This document shows positions 59,484-64,000 of a DNA stretch of 64,000 nt, piece after piece. The stretch lies in NCBI GenBank assembly GCA_023430885.1, contig JAEYYH010000023.1, positions 48,577-112,576 on the forward strand, read 5' to 3'. The notes under the pieces are model-generated. The model saw only the letters and a list, made by a program, of their open reading frames with translations, was not told the origin of the DNA and ran no database searches. Each line of letters starts with the position of its first letter. The first letter of the stretch is position 1. The position numbers and the translations under genes were made by a program. The DNA comes from Bacillota bacterium. Its GTDB lineage: Bacteria > Bacillota_I > Bacilli_A > RF39 > UBA660.

Positions 59484-59597
59484 ATGAAAGTTAGAGCATC
59501 AGTTAAACCAATATGCGATAAATGCAAAATTATAAAACGTAACGGAAGATTAGAAGTTAGATGTGCTAATCCAAAGCATAATCAAAGACAAGGTTAA
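59484..59597 (+). CDS. rpmJ: 50S ribosomal protein L36
   Basis: Manual translation gives [39 protein letters not shown] aggagg. Too short for the ORF track. Confidence 0.95.
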   Translation: MKVRASVKPICDKCKIIKRNGRLEVRCANPKHNQRQG

Positions 59598-59611
59598 TAG
59601 GAGGTGTTTGA

Positions 59612-59977
59612 ATGGCACGTATTAAAGGTGTAGAAGTACCTGATAATAAAAGAATCGAAATAGCGTTAACTTATATCTATGGAATTGGTAGAAATTTATC
59701 AAACGAAATTTTAAAAAATGCTGAAGTTGATCCAAACAAGAGAGCTAAAGATTTAGATAATGATGAAATTTCTAAAATTCGTGATGAAGTTAATAAACAT
59801 GTTACTGAAGGTGATTTACGTCGTGAAGTAAACATGAATATCAAGACTAAAATGGAAATTAATTCTTACCAAGGTGTAAGACATAAAAAAGGACTTCCAG
59901 TTAGAGGTCAAAGAACAAATAGAAATGCTAGAACTCGTAAGGGTAAAGGCAAAGTAGTTGCTAATAAGAAGAAATAA
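59612..59977 (+). CDS. rpsM: 30S ribosomal protein S13
   Basis: 121 aa, [26 protein letters not shown]... Confidence 0.97.
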   Translation: MARIKGVEVPDNKRIEIALTYIYGIGRNLSNEILKNAEVDPNKRAKDLDNDEISKIRDEVNKHVTEGDLRREVNMNIKTKMEINSYQGVRHKKGLPVRGQRTNRNARTRKGKGKVVANKKK

Positions 59978-60007
59978 TTGTAACTAATTAATAAGGAGGT
60001 TATATAA

Positions 60008-60391
60008 ATGGCTTATAAACCAAGAAAACGTAAAGTTAAGAAAAATGTGCCAGAAGGTAGAGCATTTATTCATTCAACTTTCAATAACACTATCGTAACG
60101 ATAACTGATAATGAAGGAAATGCAATAAGTTGGGCTTCTGCTGGTACTTTAGGCTTTAAAGGAAGCAAGAAATCAACTCCATTTGCTGCAGGTATGTCAG
60201 CTGAAGCTGCTGGAAAAGCTGCTGTAGATATGGGTATGAAGAAAGTTGAAGTATATGTAAAAGGTTTAGGTTCTGGACGTGAAACAGCTATCCGTTCATT
60301 ACAAACTGCAGGTTTAGAAATTACTTCAATTTCTGATGTAACACCTATCCCACATAATGGATGTCGCCCACCAAAACGTCCTCGTGGATAA
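60008..60391 (+). CDS. rpsK: 30S ribosomal protein S11
   Basis: 127 aa with ..[26 protein letters not shown]... Confidence 0.97.
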   Translation: MAYKPRKRKVKKNVPEGRAFIHSTFNNTIVTITDNEGNAISWASAGTLGFKGSKKSTPFAAGMSAEAAGKAAVDMGMKKVEVYVKGLGSGRETAIRSLQTAGLEITSISDVTPIPHNGCRPPKRPRG

Positions 60392-60411
60392 TAAGAAAAG
60401 GAGTGATAAAA

Positions 60412-61362
60412 GTGTTGAACTTTGAAAAACCGGTATTTAAGATTACTGATTATGTTGAAAATAATAATTATGGAAAATTTGAATTAGAACCTTTGGAAAG
60501 AGGTTTTGGAACAACTATAGGTAATGCTCTTAGAAGAGTAATGTTATCAAATATGCCAGGTAGTGCTATTGTAGCAGTGAGAATTAATGGAGTAATGCAT
60601 GAATTCCAAACTATCGAAGGTGTAGTTGAAGACGTAACTACAATTGTTTTAAATTTAAAAAGTGTAGTACTTAAAAAGCATGTTGACGGATTAAAAACAA
60701 TTCATTTATATGCTGATAAAGAAGGAGTAATAACTGCAGGCGACATCAAAAGTGATGCTGATGTTGAAGTTATTAACAAAGAGCAAATTATTGCAACATT
60801 AGCTAAGGGTGGAAAACTTGACATGGAAATGCTTGTTGCAAGCGGCCGTGGATATGTTCCAGCTAATGAAAATAAACAACATATAGAAAATGCAAAGATT
60901 GGTTTCATTCCAATAGATGCCTTATATTCACCAATTGAAAGAATTAGTTATGAAGTAGATACTGCTCGTGTTGGTCAAGATGCTAATTATGATAAATTAA
61001 TAATGGATGTTTATACTAACGGATCTTTAAAACCAGAAGAAGCTATGGCTTTAGGTGCTAAGATTATTATTGAACATTTAAATATAATTACTAATTTAAG
61101 TGAACTTGCTGATACAACAGGTGTTATGTCTGCTAAACAAGAAGATAGCAAACTTAAGAGATTAGAAACATCAATAGATGATTTAGATTTCTCTGTTAGA
61201 GCTTACAATTGTTTAAAAAGAGCTAATATTAACACATTAGGTGATTTGGTAGAAAAATCAGAACTAGAGATGATGAAAATTCGTAATTTAGGTAAAAAGT
61301 CTTTAAAAGAAGTTATGGACAAAATTAAAGATATGGGACTTAAATTTCGTGATGAAGATTAG
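60412..61362 (+). CDS. rpoA: DNA-directed RNA polymerase subunit alpha
   Basis: A GTG start at 60412 lies 8 nt after SD aggag and gives (M)LNFEKPVFKI..LEPLERGFGTTIGNALRR, 316 aa. The ORF-track start 60361 lies inside rpsK. Confidence 0.95.
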   Translation: MLNFEKPVFKITDYVENNNYGKFELEPLERGFGTTIGNALRRVMLSNMPGSAIVAVRINGVMHEFQTIEGVVEDVTTIVLNLKSVVLKKHVDGLKTIHLYADKEGVITAGDIKSDADVEVINKEQIIATLAKGGKLDMEMLVASGRGYVPANENKQHIENAKIGFIPIDALYSPIERISYEVDTARVGQDANYDKLIMDVYTNGSLKPEEAMALGAKIIIEHLNIITNLSELADTTGVMSAKQEDSKLKRLETSIDDLDFSVRAYNCLKRANINTLGDLVEKSELEMMKIRNLGKKSLKEVMDKIKDMGLKFRDED

Positions 61363-61380
61363 TAGTTAGGAGGAAAAAAT

Positions 61381-61737
61381 ATGGCTTATAGAAAATTAGG
61401 ACGTACTAATAAACATAGAAGAAGTATGCTTGCTAATCTAACTAAAGATCTTATTATGAGTGAAAAAATTCAAACAACTGAAACAAGAGCAAAAGAAGCT
61501 CGTAAGTTTGTTGATAAAATGATTTCATATGGTAAAGATGGTTCTTTAGTAGCTCGTAGAAAAGCATTAGCATTTTTACAAAACGATGTAGAAGCGGTTA
61601 AAAAAGTATTTGATGACTTAGCTCCTCGTTATGCTAATAGAAATGGTGGCTATACAAGAATTTTAAAATTAACTGAACGTCGTGGAGATGACGCTTTAAT
61701 AGTTATATTAGAATTAGTAGAGGAAGATGCAAAATAA
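61381..61737 (+). CDS. rplQ: 50S ribosomal protein L17
   Basis: 118 aa, [20 protein letters not shown]... Confidence 0.97.
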   Translation: MAYRKLGRTNKHRRSMLANLTKDLIMSEKIQTTETRAKEARKFVDKMISYGKDGSLVARRKALAFLQNDVEAVKKVFDDLAPRYANRNGGYTRILKLTERRGDDALIVILELVEEDAK

Positions 61738-61752
61738 GCATCTTTTTTTTGT
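61723..61752 (+). terminator. rho-independent terminator after rplQ
   Basis: aagatgc / gcatctt stem (61724-61730 / 61738-61744) spanning the stop codon, followed by a T-run of 8. Confidence 0.75.
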
Positions 61753-61810
61753 TTTCTTTTATTTTATAACATGATATAATATATCTATAATTGTTATTAG
61801 GAGGTTATTT

Positions 61811-62971
61811 ATGGGATTTAGTTTAGAAGATTTAAAGAATATTAAGAAACCCGAGATCAATGATCAACAAAAAAAGTTGGTAAAGATTGGTATAATTGCT
61901 GTTGGCGTAATAATTGCTTTAATATTAATTATGACAATAGTAAAAGCAATTGTTGGTACAAAAATTAGCAATGAGCAATTAGAAAATGTTATGGTAAGAG
62001 CTGCAAAACTTTACGTTAAAGATAATCCTGATAAACTAACTGATGATATTTTTGGTGAAGATAGTATATCTATTAGTAATTTAGTTGCTGGCGGATATAT
62101 GAAAGAAATAACAAAGTATAAGGGTAAGGATACTAATTGTAAAGGTTCAGTAACTGTATTTAAAAATGCTGATTATTATAGTTATAGTCCAAAATTAACT
62201 TGTGGTGAGGATTATACTTATAAAACTTTGTCAGATACTATAATTGATGATAAAAATATTGTTACTGCTGGTAATGGACTTTATTATAATGAAGTAAGTA
62301 ATTACTATGTATTTAGAGGCGAATATGTTAATAATTATTTGACTTTTGCAGGTCAAACATGGAGAATCCTAAGAGTGGATGAAGATGGAAATATTAGATT
62401 ATTACAAGCAAATGGTACCCAATATATAAAATGGGATGATAGATACAATAGTGAAATCAATTTACGTAATGGAATAAATTACTTTGAAGGAACAGAAAAT
62501 AGTCGTATTAAAGATTCTATACTAGACTATTATAATAATGAAGAAAATTTTTCCTCAGAAAGCAAATCTGTAATTATTCCAAAAGAATTTTGTGTAGGTT
62601 CACGTTCTGATACTTCTAATGATAAAACTGGTGCATCTGAATGTATGACAAAATCAGAATTAATGGGTGCTGGGTTACCATATGTATCTGAACTTTTAGA
62701 AATATCAATTGATACTAATTGTTCAACAGTTAAATCAAATGCATGTTCAAATTATAACTATATAGATGTAATGAATGGACAATTTTGGACTGGAACTCCA
62801 TATTCAGGAGATACTTATCAGGTCTACTACACTAATCAAGGAAAATTTTATAAATCGTTTGCAAGGGAACTTGAAAATATGAATATAGTAATAACAATAA
62901 ACGGTGATATAAATTATACAAGCGGATCAGGAACAGAAAATGATCCATATGTAGTTAAAGCTATAGGGTAA
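61811..62971 (+). CDS. hypothetical N-terminally membrane-anchored, Cys-containing extracytoplasmic protein
   Basis: 386 aa with a short cytoplasmic N-terminus and a single TM (IGIIAVGVIIALILIMTIV). The large Asn/Tyr-rich ectodomain has several Cys pairs. SD aggagg. I recognise no family. Confidence 0.6.
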   Translation: MGFSLEDLKNIKKPEINDQQKKLVKIGIIAVGVIIALILIMTIVKAIVGTKISNEQLENVMVRAAKLYVKDNPDKLTDDIFGEDSISISNLVAGGYMKEITKYKGKDTNCKGSVTVFKNADYYSYSPKLTCGEDYTYKTLSDTIIDDKNIVTAGNGLYYNEVSNYYVFRGEYVNNYLTFAGQTWRILRVDEDGNIRLLQANGTQYIKWDDRYNSEINLRNGINYFEGTENSRIKDSILDYYNNEENFSSESKSVIIPKEFCVGSRSDTSNDKTGASECMTKSELMGAGLPYVSELLEISIDTNCSTVKSNACSNYNYIDVMNGQFWTGTPYSGDTYQVYYTNQGKFYKSFARELENMNIVITINGDINYTSGSGTENDPYVVKAIG

Positions 62972-63042
62972 ACTAATTATTAGTTTACCTTTTATTGTAT
63001 ATTTTAGAATAATATTATATAATTTTATTAGTAGGTGATAGA

Positions 63043-63795
63043 ATGAAAGCGTTAATAACTGGTGCAAGTTCAGGATTAGGAGCAGATTTTGCAAGAATAT
63101 TAAGTAAGCGAGGTTATGATTTAATATTAGTTGCAAGAAGAAAAGAAAAATTGAAGCAATTGAAAGAAGAGTTAAGTACAAATGTAGATATTATATGTAC
63201 AGATTTATCAAGTTCTTTTAATTGTTCAAGACTTTATAACAAATTAAAAAATGAAGATATAGATGTTTTAGTAAATAATGCTGGTTTTGGGGTATTTGGC
63301 TCTTTCGAAACAATAAAACTTGAAAAAGAGTTAGATTTAATTGATATTAATATAAAAGCTGTCCACATTTTAACTAAGTTATTTTTAACAGATTTTAAGA
63401 AAAAAGACAAGGGATATATTTTAAATGTGGCATCATCAGCAGCATTTCAACCTGGACCATTGATGGCTACATATTATGCAAGCAAATCTTATGTTTATAA
63501 TCTAACTTGTGCAATATATGAAGAATTAAGAAGAGCTGATAGTGACGTTAAGGTAAGTGTATTATGTCCTGGTCCTGTCAATACAGAGTTTAATAGTGTT
63601 GCAGGAGTAGAATTTGGTATGAAGTCATTAGAAAGTTATGATGTTGCTAAATATGCGATAGATAAAATGTTTAAAAATAAATTAGTTATAATACCAGGCT
63701 TTCAAATAAAAGCTGCCAGATTTTTTGGACGTTTTTTACCAACAAAAATACTTATCAAAATTACTTATAATATACAAAAAAAGAAGGTAAAATAA
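63043..63795 (+). CDS. short-chain dehydrogenase/reductase (SDR) family oxidoreductase
   Basis: 250 aa with the cofactor motif TGASSGLG, NNAG, and catalytic S..YxxxK (YYASK). Confidence 0.88.
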   Translation: MKALITGASSGLGADFARILSKRGYDLILVARRKEKLKQLKEELSTNVDIICTDLSSSFNCSRLYNKLKNEDIDVLVNNAGFGVFGSFETIKLEKELDLIDINIKAVHILTKLFLTDFKKKDKGYILNVASSAAFQPGPLMATYYASKSYVYNLTCAIYEELRRADSDVKVSVLCPGPVNTEFNSVAGVEFGMKSLESYDVAKYAIDKMFKNKLVIIPGFQIKAARFFGRFLPTKILIKITYNIQKKKVK

Positions 63796-64000
63796 TGGTT
63801 AAATATATAGACAAAAATAATACATATATTTCAAATGAGGTTAGTATAGGAACAGGAGTTGTAGTTTATCCAAATGTTATTATAGAGGGATTATCTATAA
63901 TAGGTGATAATACAATAATTTATCCAGGATGTTTTATAAAAAGTAGTATTATAGGTGCTAATTGCGAATTATATAATTCACAAATTGTTGATTCTTCAAT
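63795..64000 (+). CDS. hexapeptide-repeat (left-handed beta-helix) transferase, N-terminal fragment running off the window
   Basis: Manual translation from the ATG at 63795 (TAATG overlap with the SDR stop) gives MVKYIDKNNTYISNEVSIGTGVVVYPNVIIEGLSIIGDNTIIYPGCFIKSSIIGANCELYNSQIV. It shows an [LIV]-G-x4 periodicity. Confidence 0.55.
   Translation, partial: MVKYIDKNNTYISNEVSIGTGVVVYPNVIIEGLSIIGDNTIIYPGCFIKSSIIGANCELYNSQIVDSS

Overview
This is a very AT-rich segment of a low-GC Bacillota-type chromosome, centred on the replication origin. It uses the standard genetic code: Trp is TGG and full-length proteins need no TGA read-through. Left arm (minus strand): uvrB 5' end, an unusual 634-aa Noc/ParB paralog, rsmG, mnmG, mnmE, an HD hydrolase, jag/khpB, yidC, rnpA, rpmH. 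A bipartite oriC (DnaA-box clusters at 8945-9115 and 10647-10797) flanks dnaA. Right arm (plus strand), first part: dnaA, dnaN, a ComK-family gene, recF, gyrB, gyrA, then a 300-bp non-coding island with four perfect parS palindromes and a miniature SRP RNA. Next come tadA, dnaX, ybaB, recR, a bofA-like gene, holB, ricT, a trmN6-like methyltransferase, rsmI, pth, mfd, and a CBS-pyrophosphatase on the minus strand. These are followed by a Met T-box leader with dut-metG, tatD, a G5/3D wall protein, rsmA, ung, tilS, ftsH, soj-spo0J, mscS, DUF951, abgT, ychF, rpsF-ssb-rpsR, and gpsA on the minus strand. The window ends with the complete S10-spc-alpha ribosomal cluster (secY-adk-map-infA-rpmJ-rpsM-rpsK-rpoA-rplQ, no rpmD), a membrane-anchored hypothetical protein, an SDR, and the start of a hexapeptide-repeat transferase. 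I saw no rRNA or tRNA genes, IS elements, prophage, CRISPR, or recognisable defence or toxin cassettes, so this is essentially a core housekeeping window and I do not claim a novel accessory system. The most noteworthy signals concern chromosome organisation. They are the dedicated parS array; a Noc homolog with a ~390-aa acidic disordered insertion and no N-terminal membrane helix; bona fide Noc-binding-site palindromes plus an everted palindrome and over-represented half-sites; and a ComK gene in the dnaN-recF slot. All coordinates of manually called elements were counted by hand from the printed sequence.
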